64,000 bases of DNA from Neophaeotheca triangularis (Eukaryota): the NCBI GenBank assembly GCA_054600435.1, contig BAAIJX010000012.1, positions 372,001-436,000 of the forward strand. Reading direction: 5' to 3'. The notes under the pieces are model-generated. The model ran no database searches and was not told the origin of the DNA. It saw only the letters and a list, made by a program, of their open reading frames with translations. This document shows, in pieces, positions 12,746-25,647 of this stretch. A program made the position numbers and the translations under genes. Positions within the stretch are counted from its first letter, which is position 1; each line of letters begins with the position of its first letter.

Positions 12746-13139
12746 AGGTCTTTTGAGAGTTGTTGTGGAGGTCGAATCTATGCAAGGCTCGGCTGCTGTT
12801 ATGTAGGATGTGCTATGGTAATGAATTCGGAGATGTGATTATTCACTCAGACTGTATTTTCAAATGCTGCTTTGTTCACGACCTCAGTATCCACGAGCCA
12901 AAGGTTCCCATTCCCCTCGTGAGCCGTGCGAGCAACAGCAGCCACCGGTGCCGTGCGTTTCCAAGCCTCGCTCAGCGTAGGCACTCAACCAAGAGCAGCA
13001 GCATGAGCCCACGAAATATCGACCAAAATCCTTAAACGAAGCAACATCGAAAAAAATTACCATCATCCTATGAAAAGCAAGCTACCGGGTATTAAAAGAA
13101 TTTGCGAAGCGCTACCGTCCCACATGAGCCTCGCGTAGC

Positions 13140-14840
13140 TCACTTTCCATCCTTGCCATTACTCTTACCTTTTTCGTTGCCCTTGTCGTTGCCGTCGCTT
13201 TTGCCCTTGTCATTGCCCTTGCCCTTACCCTTGTCGTCACCGTCGCCTTTACCCTTGTCACTGCCCTTGCCGTTGCCCTTCACGTCACCCCTATCACTGC
13301 CCTTGTCTTTTCCCTTCCCATCCCCCTTCCCATTCCCCTTCATCTTCAAAGTAAGCTTACTGTTCATAGCAACAACACACCTCACAAGATCCCAATCGCC
13401 ATCTTTGCCAACCCAATCACAGACCACCACTCCCACACTCCCATCCCCATCAACCTTTTTACTATTCCCCTTGGGCCCCAGACCATCAACTCCCTTATCA
13501 CCCACGTCGTGATTCTGGCACAAAAACGCCGTGACGGCGGGATTCAACTTTGCGGCAATCTTATCCGGCCAGCAACCGACTTTCCAGAAATTGGAAGCCG
13601 ACAGGAAATTCAAGAACAGCGGACCGGGTGGGACGGGGTTTTTGGTATCGGTGGTGACGCCCGGAATGGGACAGACGGCGCCGCCGGCGCGCTCAAAGTG
13701 GTCGCAGCAGAACTGTATTTTCTTGTCAATGTTCTCCGTCTCGAGCACTTCGCAGAAATCCTGCACGCATATGTGGCCGTGCGTGTGGTTCGGAGTGTTG
13801 TAAGCCCAGTTTTGTGCGTTGAGGCCCCAGCCCCGTCCGTTGTATTCGTGCTTCATGCGGTCCGAGAGGCCGAAGCGGCGGAGGAGGACGATTTTGCCAC
13901 GGGCTTCGCCCAGCTGCGGGATGCGTGGTTCCGTGTACCAGCGCTTGGTGTCGCCGCCAATGTAGAAGTCTTTGAGGATTTTGGCGAGCTGGGCGTCGGT
14001 TGCGTTGCCGGAGCCTTCGAGCTTGACGGACATGATGACGGTTTCGGAGGGGTTGTTTGAGAGGAAGGATTGCGTGGTCTTGACGAGCTCGCGGAAGTAC
14101 TTGGGGCCGGTGAGGGAGATGGGGAAGACGCCGTGGACGAGGGAAAGGTTATCATCTTTGGCGTCGTCGGGGTTGGTGGGCTGCACGCGGATGTCGAAGA
14201 AGCGGACGCCGTTTTGGAGCTGCTCTAGTGGGCTTACTGCTTGACATCGCACGCTCGGGAGGGCTGTGTAGTAGCATGGCGAGTTGTGGGTGCCGGGGAT
14301 GCTGAGAGCTGAGAGAGGAGTCCCGTCTTCCAGCGCTTTCATCCAGGTTTTCAGCCCGGTGGACTCGAGAACAGCGAGGAAGGAAGAAGACTTGTTGTAT
14401 ATTCCCGTGTACTCATGCTTTGGATCATTGCCTAGCGGCGTCAACGTCTGGCTCGCAGACGACGGTGTAGGGGTATCTATGCGCCATCGTCCTCCACCCT
14501 CTCCTTGAAAAGTCAAGCGAAGTATCTCATTCGGACCTCTCTCAGACGTCTTAATATCGGTCCGCTTTGTGGTGAAGGGCTCGAGGCGAACATCGACTTC
14601 CTGCCGATTGAAGCTCTCTGCCTTGTCGTGAAGCTGCACATGGGTCGGCGCAGGGGATTTGCCCAACAGGGTGGTAAAGTTGGACGTCAGACTGGAGATG
14701 TTGGAGGCGGAGAAGCCGTTGGAGACGGAGAAGGCAGCATTGGGATGGAGGTCTTGCGGGTTGGGCGCTTCATATCGTTCGATGAGCTTGAGCGTCAGCG
14801 GTTGCGCGGTCAAGTTGCGTAGAGTGACGGGGCCTGTCAT
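13140..14840 (-). CDS. Phosphatidylinositol-specific phospholipase C (bacterial-type PI-PLC X domain)
   Basis: Motifs LSALSIPGTHNS, QLQNGVRFFDIRV, LVHG, ETVIMSVK.EG and ARGKIVLLRRF. First ATG at 14840. Low-complexity G/K/D tail. Confidence 0.9.
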   Translation of the reverse strand: MTGPVTLRNLTAQPLTLKLIERYEAPNPQDLHPNAAFSVSNGFSASNISSLTSNFTTLLGKSPAPTHVQLHDKAESFNRQEVDVRLEPFTTKRTDIKTSERGPNEILRLTFQGEGGGRWRIDTPTPSSASQTLTPLGNDPKHEYTGIYNKSSSFLAVLESTGLKTWMKALEDGTPLSALSIPGTHNSPCYYTALPSVRCQAVSPLEQLQNGVRFFDIRVQPTNPDDAKDDNLSLVHGVFPISLTGPKYFRELVKTTQSFLSNNPSETVIMSVKLEGSGNATDAQLAKILKDFYIGGDTKRWYTEPRIPQLGEARGKIVLLRRFGLSDRMKHEYNGRGWGLNAQNWAYNTPNHTHGHICVQDFCEVLETENIDKKIQFCCDHFERAGGAVCPIPGVTTDTKNPVPPGPLFLNFLSASNFWKVGCWPDKIAAKLNPAVTAFLCQNHDVGDKGVDGLGPKGNSKKVDGDGSVGVVVCDWVGKDGDWDLVRCVVAMNSKLTLKMKGNGKGDGKGKDKGSDRGDVKGNGKGSDKGKGDGDDKGKGKGNDKGKSDGNDKGNEKGKSNGKDGK

Positions 14841-15493
14841 TTTGATGTTAGGAAAGAAGGGTCTGAGTTGTACGAGCGGTACAGCGGACAGACAGTAGTA
14901 CTGTAGTATGTAGTACTTCACTTACCTGGCTCGAGGCCAAATGAAAAGAACAAGTCGGTCAAGCGAGAAAGGGAGCTGCGAGCTGGGGGGAGCTGGGGAA
15001 GGGGGTGAGCACGGGGAGCTGGGCTGGAACGCGCCTTGAGCTGAGCTGAGATGCAGATCAAGCGCGCCGCTGGTGGGGTTTATCCTCCTACCATTCTGAT
15101 ATTTCCTTACCAAAACAACACTACTACTTTCCTGAACATCAAGACATGCCGCCGCCATCTGCATGTAGGTTAGGTTGCCGACGCATGTACATATACCCAG
15201 AACTCCACCTACACGGTGTTGCTACCCTTTCCACCACGGCAGGGTCCACAGGGCTGAGGGCTTACCCACCTTCACTTTCTCAAATGTCACCTGACAAAGA
15301 CTACTCAGACAATTCAAACGGGAACAGACGACTGTCTCCATTTCTCTCGGTACAGTGTATGCTAAAGAAACCCAGAACGCCAGAAAGAAAGAAATCAATT
15401 CCCATTCCCGCTCCTAGCCTCCCATATCCCTTCCATCAATGTAAACCCCCCTCAATGCAGCATCACCCGCACCTCACGTAAACCCCATAGTCC

Positions 15494-16951
15494 TCACGAC
15501 CTCACAATCGGAACCCCCTTCTTATCCAAACCCATCCACCCCGGCGGACCCATGGGCAAAAACTCGCCAAACCGCTCCTGCAACAACGGCCCCACCTCCT
15601 TCGACTCCACCAACCGCCTCTGAACCTCGACCCTGCAACGCTCCTCCCACACTTCAGTCCAGGTCGCATGCTCGACAAAGTGTTGATACATCTGATGCAA
15701 CAGCACAACATCACCGACACAGTAAGCCTGCATGATCGGGCAGATGGGACGGTCGTCGACGCGGCCGAAATCCTCCTGGTCGCGCATGAAACAGTTTTCC
15801 GGAACCGCGGGACGGCCTGCATTGGGATCGGGACCGGATGAGGATGAGGAGGAAGCTACCGGCTTGGAGGAAGCGCTCTGCTCCTCGACTTTCTTAATCT
15901 CACTCGCGGGCACGAGACCGGCTTCATTGTCCAAGATGACCTGGATGAGTTTGCGGTTGCCCTGCGCCTTGGCGTAGATGCGCTCGGTTTCGGCTTGGCC
16001 TTTGAGCATGTACAGTTTCCCCCAGCACTTGGCGTTGACCCAGGCGTCCTTGTCTTCGTCGGAGAGATGGAGGCGTTGGGGCAGCACCATCGCCAAGGCC
16101 TTGACTTTCTCGCGCTGGCCTTTCTGTCTGGTCGCCAAGTCCATGATCTGGCAGTCTTCGACGCCTTGGAGATCGACGTTGCAGATTTTGGAAAGTGCCT
16201 CGGAGTCGCTGCGGCAGTCGAAGAAGATTTTTCGGATCTGGTGGGATTCGAAGAGGGCGCGGAGGGTCAGGTCGGGGAGGCCGACGGCGGGATGGCTGAA
16301 GGCTAGGATGCCGAGGGCGAGCGTATCGATGATGTAGACGTTATCCAGGAGCGGGACGCTCATCTCGACGATGGAAATGGTCTTGTTGACGTGGTCGAAG
16401 CCCTCGATGTCCACGGCGAGCAGAGGGACTGTCGGGTCGGTATCCTTGACCGACTCGATCGCATGGAGCATTTCACTGATGCCCTTTGGGGTGTTGACGT
16501 GGATGATTGTGGGCTCGGGCACCATGATCGGTGGGCCCTTCTTCTTGCTCTTCGTCTTCGAGCCCTTGGAGTAATCCCAGCCGTTAAGCGTCTGGTCCTT
16601 GATGAAGGTGAAGTACTCGCTGAGCTCTTTGACGACTTCACCGAGTCCGAGGTCGCGGTACATGCCGGTTGCCATTGTCGTCGCAGACTCGCGTTTGAGA
16701 CAGCGGGTCTGTTGGACGATGTTTTCGACTATTCCCTGCTGGTGGTCGTAGTGGACGCCGTTTCCTAGGCCGCCTTCCTTTGGGGCCCCGTTCGACATTC
16801 TCTCGATCTCGGTGATCAGCTCGCCGATGTGGTGGGGGAGTTTCACGTCGTTGGCGTCGACGGGACTGTCGGGCTTGTTGGGTGGGTTCGGCATGTAGTT
16901 GAACCTCGCGGTGCCTGGAGGCACCGAGATGAAGTTCGGAGGCGCAGGCAT
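15494..16951 (-). CDS. DEDDy 3'-5' exonuclease (EXD1/Egalitarian-like)
   Basis: ExoI AVDIEG, ExoII KIFFDCRSDSEAL, DCQIMD, and ExoIII YCVGDV. Confidence 0.8.
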   Translation of the reverse strand: MPAPPNFISVPPGTARFNYMPNPPNKPDSPVDANDVKLPHHIGELITEIERMSNGAPKEGGLGNGVHYDHQQGIVENIVQQTRCLKRESATTMATGMYRDLGLGEVVKELSEYFTFIKDQTLNGWDYSKGSKTKSKKKGPPIMVPEPTIIHVNTPKGISEMLHAIESVKDTDPTVPLLAVDIEGFDHVNKTISIVEMSVPLLDNVYIIDTLALGILAFSHPAVGLPDLTLRALFESHQIRKIFFDCRSDSEALSKICNVDLQGVEDCQIMDLATRQKGQREKVKALAMVLPQRLHLSDEDKDAWVNAKCWGKLYMLKGQAETERIYAKAQGNRKLIQVILDNEAGLVPASEIKKVEEQSASSKPVASSSSSSGPDPNAGRPAVPENCFMRDQEDFGRVDDRPICPIMQAYCVGDVVLLHQMYQHFVEHATWTEVWEERCRVEVQRRLVESKEVGPLLQERFGEFLPMGPPGWMGLDKKGVPIVRS

Positions 16952-19052
16952 GACGTATTCGGGGTGAGTGTTGGTATTGGAAGGAGATGTGGTATGTTCG
17001 GTGATACGGTCTTGGTTGAGTGTGACAGGGAGTCTTGAAGATTATTAGTCGAATGTGTAAAGCGAGGTTGATGGAAAGTAGAAGACGATGGAATCGGAAG
17101 AGACGTGTCTTTATAGACTAGAGCAGCAGGGCATGCGAGGTAAATGTCCTCATGCAATGTGCTACTTCAGTCTGAGGACATCCCGTGAAAGGAGACGACA
17201 TCCGAGGACATCTGTAATCAAGGAGCTCCCATAGGCTAGACTTACTCCCGCAGCAATTCAGACATCTTGAGGGCAACCGGTAAATGCTATTGGTATGGCA
17301 AGTAACGTTGTTGGTTGGAATGGTATGTCGAAGACCGTCGTCGATAATCGAGTCCGGTTTAGAGTAGGTTGTAAAGTCGAAGGACTGACAGCGGACGTCA
17401 GCCGAATAAATAGGGGCTAGCAAACAAATACCACATACCAGGCACCGGCTCGTCAAAAGCATGTGATCATACTTCATTGATCGGGAAACGTAGAAGTATT
17501 AGCAAATGACAGCTTGCCCCCAAAAATTGAAATGTGAGCTAGACTCAGAGGCATGATACAGGAATCCACGGCAAGAGTCCCACCATTGACCCTCCCACAA
17601 CTTCACTTCAGCGCGCTAAAAAGAGCTCACGGGAACAGGTGGCCGTTTTCATTCAGGCTTTTCCCAATCGAAAGGCCCCATGGGCGCCCGAGACTGCCGC
17701 TGCGAAGAGAGAGAGAGAGAGAAAGGGGGAATGCAGCAGGCGGGCAGCGCAGCTTGACACAAGAGTACACACAAGGTCGCCATTCTCACCACCGGTGTCA
17801 CGATCGCCGCAAAAATGTCAGCTAGGCTCAACGCCGCTCAAAGAAGCATTTACGAGAATAGCGAGTAAGTAGACAAAGTTCCTGCACATGCGATGCAGCC
17901 CAGATTTTCCAGTGCCGGCGACCTGGCGCCACAAAGCCAGGGCCCCGTGGGTTCGTCTTTCGGCTCGTGGCATGAGAGATACCGTACCCTCCTTCATCCT
18001 GATCCAGGAGATACCAACAACCTCAAGCTTTGGAAACAGCGCCGATGCTGCAGGGGAGTTCGGGCTCGGAGACTTAGGCCGGGGAAAGAAGACGGCTTTT
18101 CTGCTGGGAAGATTGTATTGCCGCTCTGAGCTCCGACTGCCACTGCGTGCTATTGAGTGATGCTTGATTGTCGCCGACAACGCGTGGCTAGGGTAGACAG
18201 TACACTTTCCAAGGGCTTGATGGTGAAAAAAGCAGCCAGCAGGACTCAGACTTGGGCCTGGCAGCTGGGATGGTGGCGGCTTGGACGGTGGTGACTCACA
18301 TTGTATAGAGTCGGTCGCGGTGGCAAAGTCCCCCTTGCAGTCTTCCCACCGCCATGAAACGTTCCTTATAGAGACATCGGTTACCGAGGTTCGACTTTCG
18401 AAAGTAACAAGGCAAGCAATCTCCCCCACCCAGCAACAGGTAAGACAAGATGTGCACGATGGCCTGGAGCAAGTCAAAAAAGGCCATCTGATCATTCGAC
18501 ATACCCAACTACCATACGTCCAAAGGCTCGCATCACGAAGACATAAAACAAAGCAATAAAACCAGAACAAAACCAATCGCAATCAAAACCCGTCCTGTGC
18601 CCACGGCATTCTCCCTCGAGAGCATAGTGCAAAAACCCCCCATCCACCCAGCCAACCAAACATTCCCGCAGCAAGAAAGCAGCAATCTTGGGGTATATCA
18701 GCCGCGAGTTGAGAAAGAAAGAAAGAAAGAGAAAGGGAAGAGAACAAAGCGTCGGCGTGACCCCTCCCCTCTCGCGACGAGAGTGGTGCTATGCTATGAG
18801 TACTGGTTCCCTCAGCTTGGGAAGCGAGGAATGTAATGCCGAAAGAGAGAGTAGATCGTCTGTTAAGTATTATTCGAAGCGGTCGCGGAAACGTATGAGC
18901 AGAGTTCTCGCGTGAATGGAGCGGTGGAATATCATCTTTGCTTGCTTGCTGCGCCCGACGCCATGGAGACGGAGATTCCAAGTCTAGAAGCAAGTGCGGT
19001 GTATCGACAAGAGACGTTGGTGAGATTGGCGCGCTGGCTGTGCGGCAGTCTT

Positions 19053-21202
19053 TTATTGATATCGTTGCCACTCCGGTGGCATGTTGTTTGCGTTGCCGGG
19101 CGTGGACCAGCCCTGCATGCTCTGTTGCTGGCCTGGGCCGGATTGGGGGCCCATCGCAAACTGTTGAGGAGTCGCGTTCGGTTGATACATGCTCCTGTTC
19201 ATCCCGGCGAAAGCGGGATTGCCCATCTGACCCATCTGTGGATACCCCATGGGAGACTGCTGCGGCATCTGAGGGGGAGGCATGGGTGAATGGTGCTGTT
19301 GTTGGGCGTATTGAGGCAGCTGCTGAGGATGTTGTTGTTGCTGTTGCATCGGAGACGGTTGAGGCTGTGGTGCTTGCCACATCTGGTTCGGCGGATAGTT
19401 GTACGACGGGGTCTGTCGGTGCCCAGAGCCCACGGAGGCCATGCTAATGGATGGCGAGCTTTGATGCATTTGCCCTGGTGGTAAGCCTCGGTGCATTTGC
19501 TGTACAGGCGATGCCATCGGATTCTGCGGGTTCGAGTAGCCCGGGTAACCCTGCGATATCATTTGCGAGCTTGGCTGTTGTATGGATTCAGCCTGACCGC
19601 GGGAAGCACCAAGATTAGCATTGGCCTCGGGTGATTGCAAGTTACGAGGAGCCACTGTCCCGGCGTCGGCACCTGCCCTTGGTTGAGCCGGCTGCTCGTG
19701 TTCACGACGCCAGTAGTCATCTAGGTAGCCTTTTCTGTGCTCGCGGTTCAGCGTCAGTTGTTTGTTGAAATCAGCAGCTTGACCAGCTTGGCTCAAGATC
19801 TCGCCTGGGGTACTCGAAGCAATCCGATCCTGATATGCGCCTCCTATGGCTTCTTGTTTCGGCCGCGACACACCGCCATACTGACCCTGACGAAGATCCT
19901 CGCTCGGCAGCGATATCATCTGCAGTGGCGCGAGCGATACTGGTCCTACACCAGGCGCCAGAGGGGGCTGGCCCGGAAAGCCTGGGCCGTTGCTGTAAAT
20001 GACTTCGCCTTGGGGCAGCGATGTCAGTGCATTCACATGGCTTGCCTCCGCAGCTGCAGCTTCCCTCGCTTTTGCAGCGCCTGGGCGCTTCTCGCCGGCC
20101 GCATCCTCCTCTGTAAAGCCCTGCTTCTTGGCTTTTGCTTCCCAGTAATCATCCCGCACACGCCTGCCATTCTCTATCAGACGACTCCCAAACTGCCGGA
20201 ACATTGACCTCGCTGTGACAATGGCGATTTGACGCGACCGATAAGAATACGGCAAGATCTCGTTGGCAATCAAATCGTCCTTTTCGGCCTGGTTTGCGAT
20301 GATCTTGTACAACGACCTGTTCTTGTTGAATAGCAAGTATGAGTCGCGATAACCTAGCACACGCGCGCATTCGGTGGCGAGCATAAACAGCTTTTCGCCG
20401 CGATTGGGTACTGTGAAGGTCCTGCATCGGTATTTGCGCCCATCTAGCGGGTAGCCCTCCTTTGATACTTTGGTGTCGCCATCAGAATCGGTTTCTCTGG
20501 GAATATATTCATCTTCCCCCGGACCGAGCTGGTCGGTGGTATGGTCTCTCACAGTCGGCAGCGCTTTCACAACTGCGGGTTTGGATGCAGAGCCAGGCGT
20601 CGAACGTTGCGGCGAAGACTGGCTCGGGGTCTGAGGAAGTGCCTGCGTCATGGCTTGTGGTGTCCGCTGTGGTTGCGGCGGAGGCGCAAGTGGTTGTTGT
20701 TGTTGGTGGTGTTGTTGGTGTTGATGTTGATGTTGTTCCTGTCGCGAAGTCGAGTGTTCGGACTTGACAGTGCGACTTCGCTTGGCGCCTGTCCCGGGAG
20801 TGTCTGCCTTCTTGTCAGCTACCTTCCTCCCTCAGGCGCGACGCTGCTCCCAATCTCACCTCTCAGCGGGTTGAGAGGCGCGTCGTGTCCGGCGTGCATG
20901 ATGTTTATTTCAGAAACGTACCGCTTTCTCCCTCTTTACTGTGCGCAGCTTCGGCTGGGTCTGGTGATCGGCTGCGCTTGATGCCTCTCGGGCTGGGTTG
21001 GGATAATAGGTTCGGCGCGACTGTTGATGCTGCATGGGTGCACGTACGGTCAGCGCACTGTTCAGTCATAGCAAAGCTCTGCGCGCGACAAACAGAGAGG
21101 CAGTGGGGTTCGGCTGGGCCGACAGTCGCAGCAAGGCGACGGAAGCATCAACTCACCCGACGCATTCAAAGCTGCTGGATTGATGGTGCCAGATTCATCC
21201 AT
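19053..21202 (-). CDS. NPL6: RSC chromatin-remodelling subunit Rsc7/Npl6 (Swp82 family)
   Basis: Exon 1 MDESGTINPAALNAS (ATG 21202), introns 21030-21156 and ~20804-20921, exon 2 SPRGIKRSRSPD. The main exon has the CRC domain FMLATECARVLGYRDSYLLFNKN...VTARSMFRQFG...DDYWE. Confidence 0.88.
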
Positions 21203-22309
21203 GACACGGTGGTGTGCAGAAGGCAACGCTGAAGAGCTCCGATGCGACACGGCCAGCATCACATCCCGTCAGTGGCCACGCTCGCGCAAGGACGACGACG
21301 TTTGCTCGCAGCGTTACACGGTCTGACTGGGGGACTGGTCGCCCTGGGCCAGACGGCGGCGGCGGTGAGGCGGTGGAGGAGATACTCGGTCGAGAGTGCA
21401 GTATGTTTCATGCATGGAGGGGTGTGGGAATAATGGGGAGGCGAGGATTGCAGCAGTGGTGGAGAAGAGGCTGCTCGCGAGGGACGGAGCGCGGTGCGCT
21501 GCGCGCTGCACGATCCCAGAGTTCGATAGCGCGCAGGATTAAGCTTATGGCGCTTTTACTCGAGAACCCTGTCTTCCAGCAGTACGGACCGGGCAATGGA
21601 AGGCGGGCGGTGTGGGGACTTGTAGATGATAGAGGTAGGTAGGTAGGTAAGTAAGGTATGCGTCGTGAAGCGGCGGCGGTGGTGGTGGCGGTGGTGGCCT
21701 GGCGTGGACGACAGACACACCTTGCGTCGAATAATAATTAATGAAGTAACAAGAGCAAGGACACCTCAAGGCAAATGAGGTGGAAGCCTGGATGCCTGCT
21801 TGAGACAAGACGGGAAGCGCGATGACGACAATTGGCGACTTGCCCCTCGACTCCACCTGTCACGGGCCTCACGGCAGCCCTGGAGTCCTCGGGCTGTATG
21901 TCTGTCTGCCTGTCTGTCTGAAATTGTTAGAAAAACAAACTTTAGATGGCTTCCAATTGCTACTGTTGTCGAATGTATCAATGTATCCATCCTTCTCAAC
22001 TCGACGACAACGACAACGACGACGGCGACGACAGTCGATCCATGGGTCCATCCGTGACCATGCTACACATGTGCTCCTCTCTCGTCGAAGCTTCTCTTGC
22101 GGATCGCCGTTTGATCTTCGAGCACAGCGTCGACGGCGGCCGTAGGTGACACTGGGCACTGTCTGTACCCACGGCATTGGATGCGCAAAAAGCAAGGGAT
22201 GCTTGAACGCACCTCTCTCCGCCGTCTCTCATGCGGCTGCAATCTCTACTTTGGTTCAGACCCTGTCGAGGGATGAACAAAGAAAGTGTCGTCGTGACTC
22301 GTCGTCGTT

Positions 22310-22353
22310 GTCGTCGACGTCGTAGTCGTCGACGTCGTAGTCGTCGACGTCGT
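22310..22353. repeat. Three-copy 15-bp tandem repeat GTCGTCGACGTCGTA
   Basis: Read directly from the sequence. Confidence 0.85.
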
Positions 22354-25300
22354 CCAAGGGCCCACGGTATCAACCAAGGGGCTTAACGTACCTCTTTTGT
22401 TAGATTGGTGAATTCGGGTAGCTTCGTGGAATCGGACGACTTGGCGTTTCAGGCAATGTGATCAGTGATATGCAAATGGCAGGCCAGGCCAGGGCGGTAT
22501 TGATAGGTCAGGTTAGGTTGCTTTGGTTTGCGTTGCTGGTTATTATTATCATTAAGGTAAGGCCTGTTGATTCGAACCAAGGGTGAGGGCGCGGGGGGAG
22601 AGTGGTATGGGCCTTCCCGTCGCGAACCGAGATCTGCCGTTCGGCCTGGTCCGGACAGTGGCTTTTCTGATTCATCAAACAACGACAAAGGGCAGGGCAG
22701 GGCAGGGCAGGGCGAGAGCAAGGGCACGTGTTGTCCTCCTGTTTCCGGGGCGATTCTCACTTCACCGACCTTCGGTAGTCGGCTCGTCCACTTTTCTGGC
22801 GCACCTCGGGCGGCGGGAAGCGATGCACGCTTGATTCGAACTCCCAGGTCAAGAATAAGTTACTACCTAGGTAATTACTGTATCCGCATGAGCAATGCGA
22901 GGGGACGGAGGGTCGAATAGTAAGGGGGATTGTCCAGTGCCACATATCATCACACCAATTCAGCCGTCTCGACATTTTCCGATGCCTAATGCATACTGTA
23001 TGCACATGATGACCTGCATTTCGATCTTAGACTAGTAAGTAGTAGGGCAAGCCATCGAGTCGAAGCCGTCATCCAAAATAAAGAGCTAATCCACAGCTAT
23101 CAATGTACCTACTACTATTCATGGTAGCTACAGGACAAACCTCTTCCCTTTACACGAGCAAACGTCCCCTTTTCCATCGCCACCAAACGCGCACTCTACA
23201 GAGACCTGCCGAGTACCTCACGCCCAGACTTCGATCAGGCAATAGGCATCCAACTCCACTCTCCACATTACTACTATCCTCCTCATCATATCATCTGCCG
23301 TACGGAATCCTGCTTGAAAGCTCCAGTGGCGCAAACCCGCAGCAATCCGACTATCATGCAAGGATCCATCCGGGCCAATGTCGTTCAAGGGAAAGGAGCA
23401 GGCACATGCGCGAATCACAGCTCGTCGCCACAGTGAGAAAGCGAGCTAACTCCCACGCCTTGCTATCCATCACTCACGATAACGCAACGGTCGACGAGTC
23501 CAGTAACTATAGCCCTTTCCTCGCGGGCGCTTCGACGAGTCATTGATTACTCGATTTTACCTTCAGGCGTCGAATGGCTCCGACGGCGCTTTACTGTACG
23601 AGAGGCTCGAATAATGCAGGTATCCGAGCACACTTGCTTGCAGCACAATCGCATGTGAATTCTTTCCACGCGCTGGGGAGATTGGTCCGATTGCTGCACG
23701 AGCTAATGTCTCTATTTAGCGCTTTGGCAGACCAACTTACTACAATCTCTCTCGCCAATCCGAGCAACTTGGCGCAAGCATCGAGTCTATGACTGTTCCG
23801 TAAATATCTCAGAGCGCATCCGTGCCGCGATCTCAGGGCATCGTATTACAAAATCGTCGACGCCGCTACTTGCCGCCAAGAATACCGCCCACGCGACTGT
23901 ACGAGCTGCTCGGGGTCATGTGGCCACCCGGACGCCGGTACCCTGCAGGCCCGTCGTGAGAAAGCACGCCGTCTGCAATTCAAGAGAGCTTCTAGGAAAT
24001 TGATTGGTGAGGCTCGACGGCGTGTGCTCAAAATGCGCGGACGCCTGCTTCTACTTACGTTGTCATGGCGCATACGCCTACCCGCTCACTGGTATTATCG
24101 CCTTGGCTCATCACTGCGTCCCCGCACGCGTCTTTACGCGAATACAGAGCCGTCGGGCCGCTGCCACAAGCCTTGATGAATGTAGCCCAGTATCTTTGGG
24201 TGGCGAAATGTGCCTCCATGCATACGACAAATCAGCTGAGCCCATTGCTACTGTCACAAGACCCTCTCAACTGGCCAATGGGCCCCCGTGGGTAAGACCG
24301 AGTCAGTCACCGCCACGACGATCGAAGTGAAAGAGGAAGCCATGCGATTGTTGGCATGGGATGGTCCGCAGAGTTGTCTCAGCCAGATACAACACTGTCG
24401 TCATCTCTTGAAGGTCTAGAGTGTCCCCGGCGCGGGCGCTAGAAGTAGTCGACGGCAGGGTCATCGCAGCCCGCTGCCAGATAAACGAGAAAGAGATCTC
24501 GAACCTTGACGTCTCATTGCGACGTAGCATGCTTTGCGACAACGTTGTCGTTTTTCCGCTGTATGTTTGTGCCCGCTGACTACCGAAACACCGAGTTCCC
24601 TAGACGCCACAAAGGTAACGGCGAAGAAGTGAGGATTAAGACTCGCATCCGTGGGTTAGCCTCTCCGATCGAGATATACGATCATCGATTAGCGTACGCT
24701 TCAGTACCGCCGTGGTACGTCGTGGGCAGTCCTTTTCCGCAATGTGTACCTCTTGCCGACGATAGCAAGCCGGCAATAGAGCTTTACAGGACCGGTTGGC
24801 ACTTTCGCAAACTGGTATCGCGTCGCTGCATCGTATAGCCAGCCGCCATCTTACATGAGAGTGAGCGATTGTACAAGAGCCATGGGACCTGCTTTCGAGC
24901 CTTGCGGTGGACGTCCGTCGAGCAACACCGACTCCGTGGTGAGTTTCTCGGGAGTACCACGGCAACCGCGCTCTCATCGTTTTCGTATCTTCCGAGTTTA
25001 ACGGTGTTGGAGAAGTCGTGCTTTTCCCGCGTAGTCCGGAAGGGCAGGATCAGCCAGTGCAGTCGTACCATCTGAGCATGCCAATAATACCATGTCGTGA
25101 CTAGAGAAGCGGTGGGAAATCAGCGACAATGTCGAGTAGGCCATACGCAGTGTGTGCGGCAGTCTAGGAGCTCGGTATGCCGATTCAAAGACTTTAGCTT
25201 CTTTGCAAAATCCGATGGCGTCGTTTCTCGAGCGCGCGCGAATGGAGTCTGTTCCAGTAACATGAGCAGCCTACATGCCATGAATCATAATGCAGCACAT

Positions 25301-25647
25301 GCTTGTACTCGACCATCGACAGCCTCGGATGGTTGACCTGCTGTGGTCAGGCAAGCACCTAATGGCTTGAACTAGAGAGTTTGTGAAATGCCAAGGGCAG
25401 TCCGTTTACCCGAGGTCGGGTGTTCTGGTAGCCGAGTACCCGATGTCGAATGCCTGCCTGCCCTGCCTCTGGCGACACAACAGTCGTCGTACAATTATAA
25501 CCTTAAGGTAACAAAAACAAGTCACGGGTTCTTTCTTCCATTTCAATCTTGCTCGACACGAAGAAGGCTCGTTTTCGCGGAAACAAGTTCGAAGCATTCC
25601 ACCCTGATCAGGGATCAGTAAGGTATACCTAGGTAGCGTTGCGCTCA

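Noticed and set aside
24085..24099. GATAATACCAGTGAG on the - strand resembling the 3' part of a fungal TPP riboswitch
   Set aside because: The upstream CTGAGA and CTTGATC elements are missing, and no thiamine gene is adjacent.
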